From Gemmatimonadota bacterium (GTDB lineage: Bacteria > 4572-55 > J002): a stretch of 48,309 bases of DNA. Numbering within the stretch: position 1 is the stretch's first letter; each line of letters starts with the position of its first letter. A program made the position numbers and the translations under genes. Positions 27,739-38,182 of the stretch are shown one piece after another. Below the pieces are notes generated by a model. The model made no database searches, was not told where the DNA came from, and saw nothing but the letters and a program-made list of their open reading frames with translations. The stretch spans positions 1-48,309 of the forward strand of contig RFFQ01000057.1 of NCBI GenBank assembly GCA_003697105.1, given 5' to 3'.

Positions 27739-29196
27739 TCAACCCGTTTTCCGGTTGCGTTGCGCCTGTTCATACAAGTAGATGTATTTTTTGGCGGCAA
27801 CTTCCCACGAGAAATCTTGTGCCATACCATTTCGCATAATTGTCTGCCACGTGTCTTTATCTTGGTAATACTTCAAGGCTCGGAAGATCGCTCGCATCAT
27901 GGCTGGCGCGGTGTAGGCATCAAAGACAAATCCGGTACCGGTCTTACCATCAAAATCCTTGATGGTATCTGCCAAACCGCCCGTGCGCCGGACAATCGGT
28001 ACCGTGCCATATTTTAAGCCGTAGAGTTGGGTCAAGCCGCAGGGTTCATAACGGCTGGGGATAAGCAACATATCCGTGCCAGCGGCAATCTGGTGCGCCA
28101 ATTCTTCGTTAAAACCAAGCCACAAGCCAATTTTGTGAGGAAACGTTTGTGCCGCTACCCGAAAAAACTCCTCATAGCGATACTCGCCGCTACCTAAAAT
28201 CACAAATTGCAAATCTTGTTGTACCAGATTAAACATTGCCTCAACCAGAATATCAAACCCTTTTTGGGTTACTAAGCGAGAGACAATGCCAATGACCGGG
28301 ATGTTTTCGTCGTAGGTGAGCCCCATCCGTTTCAGCAATGCTTTTTTATTCCGGTATTTACCGGCTAGCTGTTGGGGGGTATAATGATAATGAATCAGCG
28401 GGTCGGTTGCGGGATCCCATATTGTGTAGTCTATGCCGTTTACGACACCATAAACATCCTGAGCACGCGCACTCAGCAGACCTTCTAATCCGTGCCCGTA
28501 CTCTGCCGTTTGAATTTCAACGGCGTAACGTTCACTAACTGTATTGATAATGTCCGCATAGACCAAACCCGCTTTCAGCATAGAGAATGACCCGTAAAAT
28601 TCCAATGTTCCCCCGGGATGACCCTCGTGCTGCGGGAGTTCGGCATGATAAATCAATCCTTTATCAAAGCGTCCTTGATACCCAATGTTATGAATAGTCA
28701 TTAAGGTAGCAGTGTTACCAAAACAGTTCCGATCCCAGGCGTAATTATGCGCGAGGTAGGCTGGAATTAAGCCGGTTTGCCAATCGTTGCAATGAATAAC
28801 ATCCGGTTGCCAGCCTTGCCGTTGAATGGTTTCCAAAACGGCACGGGAGAAAAGAATGAAGCGTTCCCCTTCATCGGGGTCATTGGTGTAAATGGCGTTC
28901 CGGTGGAAATAGTAGGGGGCATCAATAAAGTAAATATTGACATTTGCGCCGGGGATTTTCCCGACCTGCACGCTAAAATATACCTGACGATCCCCCATAC
29001 TGACCGGGATATCTTGCAACCACTCCACAGGATAAATGCCGTGATCGTAGCAGTGAATCATGTTATAGAGTGGCATAAATACGTCCACTTGATGCCCTTC
29101 TGCCGCCACGGCTTTCGGGAGTACCCCGGCAACATCGGCGAGTCCGCCGGTTTTAGCAAATGGTACAATTTCACTTGCTGCAAAAATGATATGCAT
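27739..29196 (-). CDS. glgA: Glycogen synthase (GT5)
   Basis: KTGGLADV; HCNDWQ; TIHNIGYQG; PSRYEPCGLTQ; TGGLADT. Confidence 0.96.
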   Translation of the reverse strand: MHIIFAASEIVPFAKTGGLADVAGVLPKAVAAEGHQVDVFMPLYNMIHCYDHGIYPVEWLQDIPVSMGDRQVYFSVQVGKIPGANVNIYFIDAPYYFHRNAIYTNDPDEGERFILFSRAVLETIQRQGWQPDVIHCNDWQTGLIPAYLAHNYAWDRNCFGNTATLMTIHNIGYQGRFDKGLIYHAELPQHEGHPGGTLEFYGSFSMLKAGLVYADIINTVSERYAVEIQTAEYGHGLEGLLSARAQDVYGVVNGIDYTIWDPATDPLIHYHYTPQQLAGKYRNKKALLKRMGLTYDENIPVIGIVSRLVTQKGFDILVEAMFNLVQQDLQFVILGSGEYRYEEFFRVAAQTFPHKIGLWLGFNEELAHQIAAGTDMLLIPSRYEPCGLTQLYGLKYGTVPIVRRTGGLADTIKDFDGKTGTGFVFDAYTAPAMMRAIFRALKYYQDKDTWQTIMRNGMAQDFSWEVAAKKYIYLYEQAQRNRKTG

Positions 29197-29215
29197 CGCA
29201 GATAATCCTTAGTTG

Positions 29216-31342
29216 TTATTGGTTTACGCGGGCGATAGCTTCCCAGTGTTCCACCGCTTTTGCATTTTCACCGCGCTTTTCAAACACTAAAGTTAAGTTA
29301 TAGTGGGCACTGGATAAATTGCTATTGGCTTCAATGGCTCGCCGGAAGTGGTACTCGGCTTCATCCAATCGTCCTTGATTGTATAGCAGACCGCCTAAAC
29401 TGTTGTGCGCTTCGGCATAATTCGGATTCAGTTCAATAGCTCGCTGAAATTCCCGTTCGGCATCATCTAGGGAGTAAATCTGATATTGTGCCAGCACTTG
29501 ATATACTTTGCCTAAATTCAGATGTGCGCGTGGATTTTTCTGATCCACTTCAATCGCTTTGCGGTATTCCGCAACTGCTTCTTGATATTTACCGGTTTGG
29601 TAGAGTAACACGCCTAAACTGAGATGTGCTAGGGCAAAATCGGGGTCGATCCGGATGGCTTGTCGATATTGATGTTCCGCTTCCTTAAACCGCCGGCGGT
29701 CTTTTAAGAAGAAGCCGTAAGTGGTTCGGGCCCGCACATCCGAGGGGTTGATCATAAACGTAACCTGTTTGTATTCTTCTTCTGCCTCTTCATATCGTTT
29801 TAGCCGGTGATATAAGCGTGCTAGGCTGTAATGTGCGTCGGCGTAATTGGGAAACTGATCGATGGCGGTCTGAAACGCTTTTTCGGCTTCTTCATACCGT
29901 TCTTGTTTGTACAAAAATTTGCCCCAGTTGTAATATGCTTCCGCTTTATTCCGCCGGTATATCTCGTTATTTTCTTTACCGGCTTCATTTTCAGGGCGAT
30001 ACTGCGCTAAAATTTTATGATATTCTTCTTCTGCCGCTTCAAACATACCCGCCTCTGCCAGTAACACTGCCATATCATAATGGGTGGAAGTAAAATTGGG
30101 GTTGATCTCCATAATTCGGGCGTTTAAATCCCGGGTTAGTTTGGCTTTTTTACGATGGTAGAGCCGGGTTGACATATTCAGTAACGAGGGGTACAATTCA
30201 ACCTGATACTCCGGCTTTTTGGTAAGTTTCAGGAGCAATTGGGCTACACTTTCGATGTAATCATCCACATTGCCTTTACCCTCCAAAAAGAGGTCGTATG
30301 CCAGCAATTTTTCGTGCGAGCGCCGGGCAATTTCCCGTTCCACAAGTGATTGAATTCCATTTTCAATGCGCTGATCTTTATCGCGGAGATGTCCTTCACT
30401 AATGATGTGAGTCAATGCTTTAACAAGATAGATGTAAGGCTCGACTCCGCATTGGCGCAAAATGCTCAAGGCTTCAATTACCCGCCGTTCCCAGTAATCG
30501 CTGGAAAAATAGACTTCATCCCACATTCGTCCAATGCGGCGCGCGTATTCTTTTGCATCATCCGCCGTGAGCAAATGCCGCCGTTCCTGATGCTTGATGG
30601 CAAAAAACCGGACGAGCGAACTGAATGTACCATCATGGACTTCAATAATCTGATCCCGGACTTTTTTATCAATTTCCATCTGATCCAGATGTTGTGCGAG
30701 GTTTTCGATCAGGTGTTCTGTTTCCTTAGCAGTGAGTGGCGGCAGGGTAATCCGTTCAAACTGCTCAAAGACACTGGCATCCATGCCCACATGTTTTAAG
30801 TATTTAAATTCCTCCACGTGGATTGTGATGATGACAAAAAATTCTGGTAGCTCTGAGGCTTCCTCAAAAAATTCAATAGTTTTTTTTAACCGAGTGGTTT
30901 CGTCGGAGAAATTTGCCGTGGTATCGGCGAGTTCGGTGGTGAGTTCTTCATTGGCTTGCCGCCGCGAGAAATCATCGATGAACAAAATCACCCGTTTTGC
31001 CCGGAATATCTCTCCCGGCAAATTGGTGGGAACTTGTACCCCTTCGTTCGAGAGTAAAATCACACTTTGCCGGTCATGATCCAGCTCGCGGATCAGTTCA
31101 ACGGCGGCGCGTGTTCTGCCGGAACCGGAATTCCCTTCAATAATGACTTTTTGGCGGTTGAGGGTAATCGCGGCGATGTCCCGCTTGACGTATGGGATCA
31201 AATCCGCAATGGGATTCCGGATACGTTGGTGTAAATCCCAAGTGGTTGTCACTTCATACGGGAAAATAAGCGACGTTGAGGTTGTTTCTTTTACCGAACG
31301 GGGTTTACCATTGGTATGGTGCGCGTTGCGTTTTGCCAACAT
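29216..31342 (-). CDS. P-loop (STAND-like) NTPase domain + C-terminal TPR array
   Basis: VIIEGNSGSGRT (Walker A with K->R); VILFIDD (Walker B); about 8 TPRs (e.g. AHNSLGGLLYNQGRLDEAEYHFRRAIE). Confidence 0.8.
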   Translation of the reverse strand: MLAKRNAHHTNGKPRSVKETTSTSLIFPYEVTTTWDLHQRIRNPIADLIPYVKRDIAAITLNRQKVIIEGNSGSGRTRAAVELIRELDHDRQSVILLSNEGVQVPTNLPGEIFRAKRVILFIDDFSRRQANEELTTELADTTANFSDETTRLKKTIEFFEEASELPEFFVIITIHVEEFKYLKHVGMDASVFEQFERITLPPLTAKETEHLIENLAQHLDQMEIDKKVRDQIIEVHDGTFSSLVRFFAIKHQERRHLLTADDAKEYARRIGRMWDEVYFSSDYWERRVIEALSILRQCGVEPYIYLVKALTHIISEGHLRDKDQRIENGIQSLVEREIARRSHEKLLAYDLFLEGKGNVDDYIESVAQLLLKLTKKPEYQVELYPSLLNMSTRLYHRKKAKLTRDLNARIMEINPNFTSTHYDMAVLLAEAGMFEAAEEEYHKILAQYRPENEAGKENNEIYRRNKAEAYYNWGKFLYKQERYEEAEKAFQTAIDQFPNYADAHYSLARLYHRLKRYEEAEEEYKQVTFMINPSDVRARTTYGFFLKDRRRFKEAEHQYRQAIRIDPDFALAHLSLGVLLYQTGKYQEAVAEYRKAIEVDQKNPRAHLNLGKVYQVLAQYQIYSLDDAEREFQRAIELNPNYAEAHNSLGGLLYNQGRLDEAEYHFRRAIEANSNLSSAHYNLTLVFEKRGENAKAVEHWEAIARVNQ

Positions 31343-31361
31343 GGGGTATCACTTTTTTTTA

Positions 31362-32213
31362 TCAGCGAATTTTATCGTAATCAATTGTCACCTTCGCTTT
31401 GGTGCGCAATTCATTCAGATAGTTGGAGAGGACTTCGTGATATTTCTCGTTTGCCAGTTGCTCTTTTAGTTCGGCTTTGATGTCTTCAAACTGTCGCAGG
31501 CTACCGGCTTCCTGAATATCCACCACTTTGATGAGATGGATACCAAAATCGGTTTCAATTGGCGGGGCAAGTTCCCCAGCTTGCAGTTGAAAAGCACGTT
31601 CGGCGATTTCGGGTGAGATTTCCCAATCTTCCGTGATATAACCAAAATCCTGCCCATCGTAGTCACGCATGACCTGATCAAAATCAGCGCCTTGTTTGAT
31701 CTTATCATAGACTTTTTGGGCGGTTTCCAGATCAAAAAAGCTCATGCCCAACACATGCGCTTCGCGTTGTTCTCGCCGGTATTCCGCTGGGTGTGTTTCG
31801 TAGTAGTCTCGTAGCTCGGCGTCGCTCACGTGTACTTGAGATTCCACGTTTAGCCGTAAAATTTCGGTAGAAAGCACATACTGTTCAACTTCCCGAATTT
31901 GCCGAGCAATTTCGGGGTCTTTATCCAAACCTAACCGGATCGCTTCTTGAAATAGGAGTTCCGTCTCAACCCACTCATTCACTATATCTTTGCGCACATC
32001 TAAGGGGAGTTCCGGGTTGGAGAGATACGTTTCAAACTCATCGGTGGTCAGCGCAACATCATTGACTTTTGCCACGATTTTTTCCGGTGGAATTTGTTTT
32101 CCGTCCGTTTTTGTCCCGTTAGGGTTTCCGGAGCAACCCGCGGTGAACAAACTTAGTGCGGCTACCGTCCAGATGATACCCCGTGATAGTTTCCAATGGG
32201 CAGGATTCATCAT
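31362..32213 (-). CDS. Parvulin-type PPIase lipoprotein (PrsA/SurA-like)
   Basis: Lipobox [29 protein letters not shown] overlap with the upstream gene. Confidence 0.88.
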   Translation of the reverse strand: MMNPAHWKLSRGIIWTVAALSLFTAGCSGNPNGTKTDGKQIPPEKIVAKVNDVALTTDEFETYLSNPELPLDVRKDIVNEWVETELLFQEAIRLGLDKDPEIARQIREVEQYVLSTEILRLNVESQVHVSDAELRDYYETHPAEYRREQREAHVLGMSFFDLETAQKVYDKIKQGADFDQVMRDYDGQDFGYITEDWEISPEIAERAFQLQAGELAPPIETDFGIHLIKVVDIQEAGSLRQFEDIKAELKEQLANEKYHEVLSNYLNELRTKAKVTIDYDKIR

Positions 32214-33967
32214 TCACCTTTTCCCTGAGTTAGGGCTTGTTGTTGCCGGGATTGGAATTTCGCGCAATAATCTGCAAATACGCGAATGTTTTCATCATCC
32301 AACGCTAAATCGTACTTGGATTTAAGGTCTTCGACAAAGTTATTAATAAATTGATTTGATTTAATTTGTGCTAAGCGGGAACGGAGCGTCGTTTCCATTT
32401 TTTCAAAGGGTTCGAGTTCCACGTGACGGCGTTCTTCCACTTTGATGAGATGGTAGCCGAATTGTGTTTTGACCGGAGGGCTGATTTCGCCTTCTTCCAA
32501 CGAAAATGCCATTTCCTGAAACGGTGCGACCATCATCCCCCAGCTAAAAAAGCCTAAATCTCCGCCGCGTTGCCCGGAACCGGGGTCTTGGGAGTAGGTT
32601 TTTGCCAGTTCGGCGAAATCAGCACCACCGCTCAGTTGTGTCATCAAATCCTGTGCCTCGGCTTCCGTATCCACCAGAATGTGACGGGCACGGATTTGCA
32701 ACCGGTTTTTTTCGTAAAACTCGTGGAGTTCTTCATCACTGATTTTCAAATCTGCGGTTTGCAACGCGGTACGGCGAGCTTCTTGTACCATTGCTTGTTC
32801 GTAGGCGGCACGGACTTGTCGCTGAACCCAGGCATCGTTTTGCAATTTCTTTTTGCGAGCAACGGTCTCCATCAGGGGTTCTTCCAATAGATGGATCAGG
32901 TAAGACCGCCGGTTTTCGTAAGTATCTTTCGCTCCAATTGGGCGGTAACTTCGATTAAATTCCGAGCCGTAAATGGTATCAACTCCGGCAATGACCGCCA
33001 ATTTTGCCTCATCTTCTATTTGGCGGATATCATCTACTTTCAATAGACCGTCATCAATCGTTACGTTCATTTCGGCGATCCAGCGATTCATCATTTCCGC
33101 GCGTTTGGTTTCTTCTTTTTCGGTCCGGAGTTCGCGCTCAATACGGCGTTTCGCACGCTCAAACGGGGTCACTTTTGCCTCTCGTTTATCCTCTAACCGG
33201 AGGATCGCATAACCGTTTTTTGTTTCAACCGGTTCGCTCAGCTCCCCTTTGTTTTGTAGCGCAAATCCGGCGGGGATAATTTCAGCGTATTGGGTCATAT
33301 CTCGCCGAATCCAACCTAACGCACCTCCGCGCGGCGCGCTGCGTTTATCCAGAGATTTATTTTGGGCGAGGGTTTTAAAATCACTGCCATTGCGCAGCTC
33401 ATTCAAAATGGATTGCGCTTCGGCTTCGGTTTTGACCAGAATTTGGCTTAATTTGATTTGCGCTGGTATGGAATACCGCTTTTCCACATTTGCATCGTAG
33501 TGCGCGCGGATTTCCTCTGGAGTCGGTTGGGAGGGGGATTTGATGTAAAGGTCTTCCAGCCGGTCGATCAGGGCTTTTCGTTCAGCTTGTTCCACTTTGC
33601 GATTGACCGACGGCGATTTGCCGAGTTTCATCTCCTCCGCATAGAACAGAAGGGCACGTTGGGAAATCTCGTTATTGAGATTCCGTTTATGTTGCTTTAC
33701 ATCCGGTACCAGCAACTGTTGGGCACGGTCTCCCCAGCCCCGAAAACGGTTGAGATAGTCATCAATGGTAAACATGGTCTGATTGCTGCGAATCAGGGGG
33801 CGGCGTAAATCTGCCTCTGAAATTTGATCTCGAAAGGTATCGGTTAGGGTATGTTGAGTTGCCGGTGCGGGAACGTCCGCCGTATTTTTATCACACTGAA
33901 TAAAGAGAACTAAACTACTGATAATGATCACAATGGGTAAGAGCGTCAAGGGATGGAATTTCATCAT
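32210..33967 (-). CDS. Exported foldase with two parvulin domains
   Basis: LSQILV...GGALGW...GYAIL and ARHILV...[16 protein letters not shown]...FGYHLIKV; N-terminal hydrophobic segment ending in Cys. Confidence 0.9.
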   Translation of the reverse strand: MMKFHPLTLLPIVIIISSLVLFIQCDKNTADVPAPATQHTLTDTFRDQISEADLRRPLIRSNQTMFTIDDYLNRFRGWGDRAQQLLVPDVKQHKRNLNNEISQRALLFYAEEMKLGKSPSVNRKVEQAERKALIDRLEDLYIKSPSQPTPEEIRAHYDANVEKRYSIPAQIKLSQILVKTEAEAQSILNELRNGSDFKTLAQNKSLDKRSAPRGGALGWIRRDMTQYAEIIPAGFALQNKGELSEPVETKNGYAILRLEDKREAKVTPFERAKRRIERELRTEKEETKRAEMMNRWIAEMNVTIDDGLLKVDDIRQIEDEAKLAVIAGVDTIYGSEFNRSYRPIGAKDTYENRRSYLIHLLEEPLMETVARKKKLQNDAWVQRQVRAAYEQAMVQEARRTALQTADLKISDEELHEFYEKNRLQIRARHILVDTEAEAQDLMTQLSGGADFAELAKTYSQDPGSGQRGGDLGFFSWGMMVAPFQEMAFSLEEGEISPPVKTQFGYHLIKVEERRHVELEPFEKMETTLRSRLAQIKSNQFINNFVEDLKSKYDLALDDENIRVFADYCAKFQSRQQQALTQGKGE

Positions 33968-33990
33968 AATCTTGTGTATTTCTCCTGAAC

Positions 33991-34374
33991 TTAATTTTGA
34001 GATAATTGATCGCTTATTGCCCGTACACGTGCCAGTAATTTGCGAGGGCTGAATGGTTTTTGTAAAAATTCATCTGCGCCGGATTCATAGGCGTGTTGTT
34101 CTTCAATCCGCTCTCCGCGTGCGGTTAAAATCATAATATAGGCGGATTTTGTCTCCGGTTGAGCTTTCAAACGCTTACAGACCTCATAGCCGTTGATTTC
34201 GGGGATCATCACATCCAGTAAAATCAACTGGGGCAATTCTTGGGTTGCAATGTCAAGTGCTTCCTGCCCGGAATAGGCAATCAGTACTTCATAGCCTTCG
34301 TTCCGCAATAAAAATTCCACGGATCGGGTGATAAACGGTTCATCATCCACAACTAATACTTTTTTTATCATCAT
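33991..34374 (-). CDS. Single-domain response regulator (receiver)
   Basis: [39 protein letters not shown]. Confidence 0.93.
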   Translation of the reverse strand: MMIKKVLVVDDEPFITRSVEFLLRNEGYEVLIAYSGQEALDIATQELPQLILLDVMIPEINGYEVCKRLKAQPETKSAYIMILTARGERIEEQHAYESGADEFLQKPFSPRKLLARVRAISDQLSQN

Positions 34375-34462
34375 GTTATCACTCGATTCCGAAACGGAAC
34401 AGTGTTTCGCTTGATGTGATGGGAATGCCCTGAAGTCCTACGCTGTTGGGTCGAATTTTGCG

Positions 34463-34492
34463 TTGACTTTTTTGAAGCGGTTATGCTATACT
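34463..34492 (+). promoter_or_regulatory. sigma70-type promoter for the selA operon
   Basis: TTGACT-18 nt-TATACT with extended -10 TG. Confidence 0.55.
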
Positions 34493-34592
34493 GGCAATGC
34501 GTGGGACAAATAGCCCGAACTTATTGATATTGCTGTTAATATTAAGGTACGGAAAAGAGGATTGTCAAGCTATTTTTCAGGAGTCGTTACCG

Positions 34593-35996
34593 GTGAAGCC
34601 CACCTTACAAGAGGTGTTACGCCAAATTCCATCCGTTGATACGTTACTGAGTTCTCCAGAAATTCAGTCGATCCTTGGGGAGGCTCCCCGTTGGGCGCAA
34701 GTGGCAGCGGTTCGCCAAGCCGTAAATGCCTTACGCCAACAGTTGGTGGCACATCCACAGCAAGCGGTCGATATTCTTTCCACCTTATCGGCGCGGATCG
34801 CCACCGAGTTGGCATCGTTGCTTCAACCCAGTTTGCGTCGGGTCATTAATGCGACTGGCGTGATCATCCACACCAATTTAGGACGTTCTTTATTGTCTCA
34901 AGCCGCACAATCGCGCGTGGCGGAAGTCGCGGCACATTATTCTACGCTAGAATTTGATCTCGATGCCGGCCGGCGAGGTAGCCGGCATAGCCATGTGGAG
35001 CGTTTGCTGGTCGAGTTGACCGGTGCCGAAGCGGCAATGGTGGTCAATAACAATGCCGCGGCAACGTTTTTAATGCTGGCGGCGTTGGTGCACGGTAAGG
35101 AGGTGCTCATCTCGCGGGGGCAGTTGGTTGAAATTGGCGGGAGTTTCCGTATGCCGGATGTAATGGCGGCGAGTGGTTCCATCATGGTTGAAGTCGGTAC
35201 TACCAACAAAACCCATTTGCGGGATTACGAACAGGCACTTTCCCCAGAAACCGGTGCGATTCTCTATGTGCACCAAAGTAACTTTGCCATTGTGGGTTTT
35301 AGTACCATGCCAAGCCCCGCAGAATTGGTGGCATTGGGACACCGCCACCAACTACCGGTGCTGGAGGATTTGGGATGCGGTGCTTTCCTCAATTTTGCGT
35401 CGTACGGCTTGCATCCAGAACCTACGCCTAAAGCGAGTATCGAAGCCGGTATGGACGTAGTTGCTTTCAGTGGGGATAAGTTGCTGGGCGGTCCCCAAGC
35501 CGGCATTTTGGTGGGTAAAGCTGTATATATTGACTGCATCCGCAAACATTCTTTGGCGCGGGCATTGCGGGTGGATAAATTCACGGTGGCGGCGCTGGAA
35601 GCCACCTTACGTCACTACCATGATGAGCAGGAAGCACGGCAGGAAATTCCCACGTTGCGGCTCTTGACCCTGCCGGTAGATGACCTTTGGAAACGCGCAA
35701 AACGCATCAAACGCCGCTTACATCTGCCGGATCATCTCCAGTTGAACTTGATTGAAGGTGAATCCGAGGTCGGGGGCGGGACAATGCCCTTGCAAAAATT
35801 ACCGACGGTAATCCTGGCACTTTCCAGCCACCAGCAGTCTGCCAATCAACTGGAGCAGACGTTGCGGTTGGAACGGCACCCTCCTATTATTGGGCGTATC
35901 CAAGCGAATCGGGTCATGCTTGATTTGCGGACGGTACTCCCGGAAGAAGATTCGGAATTGGTGGCTGCCCTGAATCAATTTAACTCCGGTTCGTAA
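34593..35996 (+). CDS. selA: L-seryl-tRNA(Sec) selenium transferase
   Basis: VINATGVIIHTNLGRS; VVNNNAAA; SRGQLVEIGGSFR; EVGTTNKTH; FSGDKLLGGPQAG (PLP Lys). AGGAG RBS before GTG 34593. Confidence 0.95.
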   Translation: MKPTLQEVLRQIPSVDTLLSSPEIQSILGEAPRWAQVAAVRQAVNALRQQLVAHPQQAVDILSTLSARIATELASLLQPSLRRVINATGVIIHTNLGRSLLSQAAQSRVAEVAAHYSTLEFDLDAGRRGSRHSHVERLLVELTGAEAAMVVNNNAAATFLMLAALVHGKEVLISRGQLVEIGGSFRMPDVMAASGSIMVEVGTTNKTHLRDYEQALSPETGAILYVHQSNFAIVGFSTMPSPAELVALGHRHQLPVLEDLGCGAFLNFASYGLHPEPTPKASIEAGMDVVAFSGDKLLGGPQAGILVGKAVYIDCIRKHSLARALRVDKFTVAALEATLRHYHDEQEARQEIPTLRLLTLPVDDLWKRAKRIKRRLHLPDHLQLNLIEGESEVGGGTMPLQKLPTVILALSSHQQSANQLEQTLRLERHPPIIGRIQANRVMLDLRTVLPEEDSELVAALNQFNSGS

Positions 35997-36003
35997 CCCG
36001 GCA

Positions 36004-36342
36004 ATGAACATCCAAACATTAACTGAATTCAATCAAATCTGGTCTCAGGAGGGTGGCGCGCTCTTTTACTTTACACGCCCTGCCTGTCCGGTTTGTCTCC
36101 ATTTGAAACCTCGCGTCAAATCGTTGGTCGATACGGAGTTCCCGGAATTGGGGTTTTATGAAATCGATTGTGAGGGTGCTCCCGGCATCGCGCCTCAAAT
36201 GCAGGTGTTTGCCGTTCCGGCGGTGATTGTGGCGATCCACCAGCATGAAATTTGCCGGTTCTCGCGCCACTTCGGGATCGACCAACTTCGGCGCCAGATT
36301 GCACGTTCTTACCCATTATGGTTTACCTCTTCAACAGACTGA
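36004..36342 (+). CDS. Thioredoxin-family protein
   Basis: FYFTRPACPVC (CxxC); VFAVP cis-Pro motif. Confidence 0.8.
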   Translation: MNIQTLTEFNQIWSQEGGALFYFTRPACPVCLHLKPRVKSLVDTEFPELGFYEIDCEGAPGIAPQMQVFAVPAVIVAIHQHEICRFSRHFGIDQLRRQIARSYPLWFTSSTD

Positions 36343-37103
36343 TCACATGGTTTAAAACCCGGTTTTTATCTACTTCCACCACGGTAACACCGGCCATCCG
36401 GTACCTCCACAACAAAGCCGCATTAGCGGAATTTCAGCAGATTATCGGCTATCGTTTTAAGAATCCGGGGTGGTTACAGCAAGCCCTCCAACACCGTTCG
36501 TATCTACATGATGAGAATTCGGGTGGGTTGGAATCCAATGAACGGATGGAATTTTTGGGGGATGCGGTTCTGGAATTGGTCGTCAATGATTATCTGTTCC
36601 ATCACTATCCAAACGAAAGTGAAGGTAATCTGACTAAAATCAAAGGGCTTGTGGTGAGCAAGCCTATTTTAGCGGAGCGGGGGGCGGACATTCACTTACC
36701 AGATTATCTCTTGATGGGGGTGTCATCGGGGGGGGAAATTAGCCCGTCGGTCATTGCGGATGCGTATGAGGCGTTGCTCTGTGCAATCTATTTGGATGGT
36801 GGTTTGAAAGCGGCACGTGCCTTCCTTGCCCAGCATTTTTTGCCTCAAATCAATAAAATTATCCGGGATAAGCAACACGCGAACTACAAAAGCGCACTGC
36901 AAGAATACATCCAAGGCAGGTATAAAAGCCATCCAGTGTATCAAGTTGTGCAGGTGGAGGGTCCGGATCACCAGCAGACGTTCACCGTCAATGTGTTGGT
37001 AGAAAAGCAAGTGATAGGAAGCGGTCAAGGACGCAGCAAAAAAGAGGCACAACAGGAAGCCGCGCGGGTGGCGCTCCTGAAATTGGGTTTACGGTATGAA
37101 TAG
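36318..37103 (+). CDS. rnc: Ribonuclease III
   Basis: ALQHRSY; SNERMEFLGDAVL; ADAYEAL; dsRBD NYKSALQE...GPDH...GQGRSKKEAQQEAA. Start taken at ATG 36318 (uncertain). Confidence 0.95.
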   Translation: MVYLFNRLITWFKTRFLSTSTTVTPAIRYLHNKAALAEFQQIIGYRFKNPGWLQQALQHRSYLHDENSGGLESNERMEFLGDAVLELVVNDYLFHHYPNESEGNLTKIKGLVVSKPILAERGADIHLPDYLLMGVSSGGEISPSVIADAYEALLCAIYLDGGLKAARAFLAQHFLPQINKIIRDKQHANYKSALQEYIQGRYKSHPVYQVVQVEGPDHQQTFTVNVLVEKQVIGSGQGRSKKEAQQEAARVALLKLGLRYE

Positions 37104-37133
37104 TTATTAACCCCTGTTTAGTAAGGATGTTTT

Positions 37134-38063
37134 ATGTGTTTTTGGTCACGGTTTTTGATGGGTATCATTCTTTTTATGTCTGCTAACGTGTTTGCAGCGC
37201 CGTTCCAAAAGACCGGTTGGATGGTTGACATTCCAGAGGCATTTCCCCTAAAACATACGGAAGGGCAATTTGGCGAGTCAATGTCCACCTATCTTTTTTT
37301 AAGCGAAGATACCAACGAACGCGATTATGATTTTGACGGGCGGCTCAATGTCGGGATTTTGAATTGGCTGACTTTGGGGATGACGGCTTATAATGAGAAT
37401 TATGTTGCCGGTCATATTCAATTGACGATTCCCTTTTTCAACGAACTTAGCGGATACCCGTTGTTACCCGTTATCGCGTTGGGGATGGAAAATCTTTCCG
37501 CTGATAAATATCTAACCCCAGAAGCGCAACTCTCACAGGAGAAAGAAAATTATTCCCTCTATGGGGTGATGAGTAAAAGCTTGAAGCCCGTCTGGGATAT
37601 TCCGCTGGATATTCATTTAGGATATGGAAATAATCGATTTGAGGGAAAAAATGAGATTTCAGACCGCTTTCAGGGGTTGTTTATGGGGATTCGGTTGCAT
37701 GCGTCTGATTCATTCCGTTTATTACTGGAACAAGACGGGCGGGATGTAAATTTTGGAATGACATTTGACTTAACCCGGCGGGTTTCCGGGGGAGTTGCCT
37801 GGACACGCATTGAAGATATGTTTAAGGCCAAAGCGGGCGAAGACCCTTTTATTTACTTTCAGTCGGGTTTGAGCATTACCTACCGTTTTGGACCCTTCGG
37901 CATGAGTGAGGAAGAACAGGCGCTATATGACCGTATTAAACAGGAGCAAAAACGCACCGATGAACTTCAACAACGGTTACTCGACCTGCAGGAACGGCGC
38001 CGGAAAGCGGAAGCTGAATTGAAACGGCTGGAGGAAGAAGCCCAGCAACAGAAGAATGAATAA
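37134..38063 (+). CDS. Putative outer-membrane beta-barrel (YjbH-like) with C-terminal coiled coil
   Basis: Signal peptide; alternating strands (SLYGVMSK, IHLGYG..RF, LLEQDGRDVNFG, LSITYRF); E/Q/K/R-rich tail. Confidence 0.6.
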   Translation: MCFWSRFLMGIILFMSANVFAAPFQKTGWMVDIPEAFPLKHTEGQFGESMSTYLFLSEDTNERDYDFDGRLNVGILNWLTLGMTAYNENYVAGHIQLTIPFFNELSGYPLLPVIALGMENLSADKYLTPEAQLSQEKENYSLYGVMSKSLKPVWDIPLDIHLGYGNNRFEGKNEISDRFQGLFMGIRLHASDSFRLLLEQDGRDVNFGMTFDLTRRVSGGVAWTRIEDMFKAKAGEDPFIYFQSGLSITYRFGPFGMSEEEQALYDRIKQEQKRTDELQQRLLDLQERRRKAEAELKRLEEEAQQQKNE

Positions 38064-38182
38064 TCTCCCCCTGAATTTTAGGAACTGAATTGAAATCCCC
38101 AATGTGGTGTAAATGTTGCAGACCGGAGGACGGTTTAGCCCGTATTCCGGTCTGTTTTGTATCCGAGGAGCGTAACTTACTG

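Noticed and set aside
34497-34592. Longer starts from the ORF track (selA 34497; also 5074, 9083, 36252, 38090)
   Set aside because: Downstream starts fit better with RBS position, signal peptides or family N-termini.
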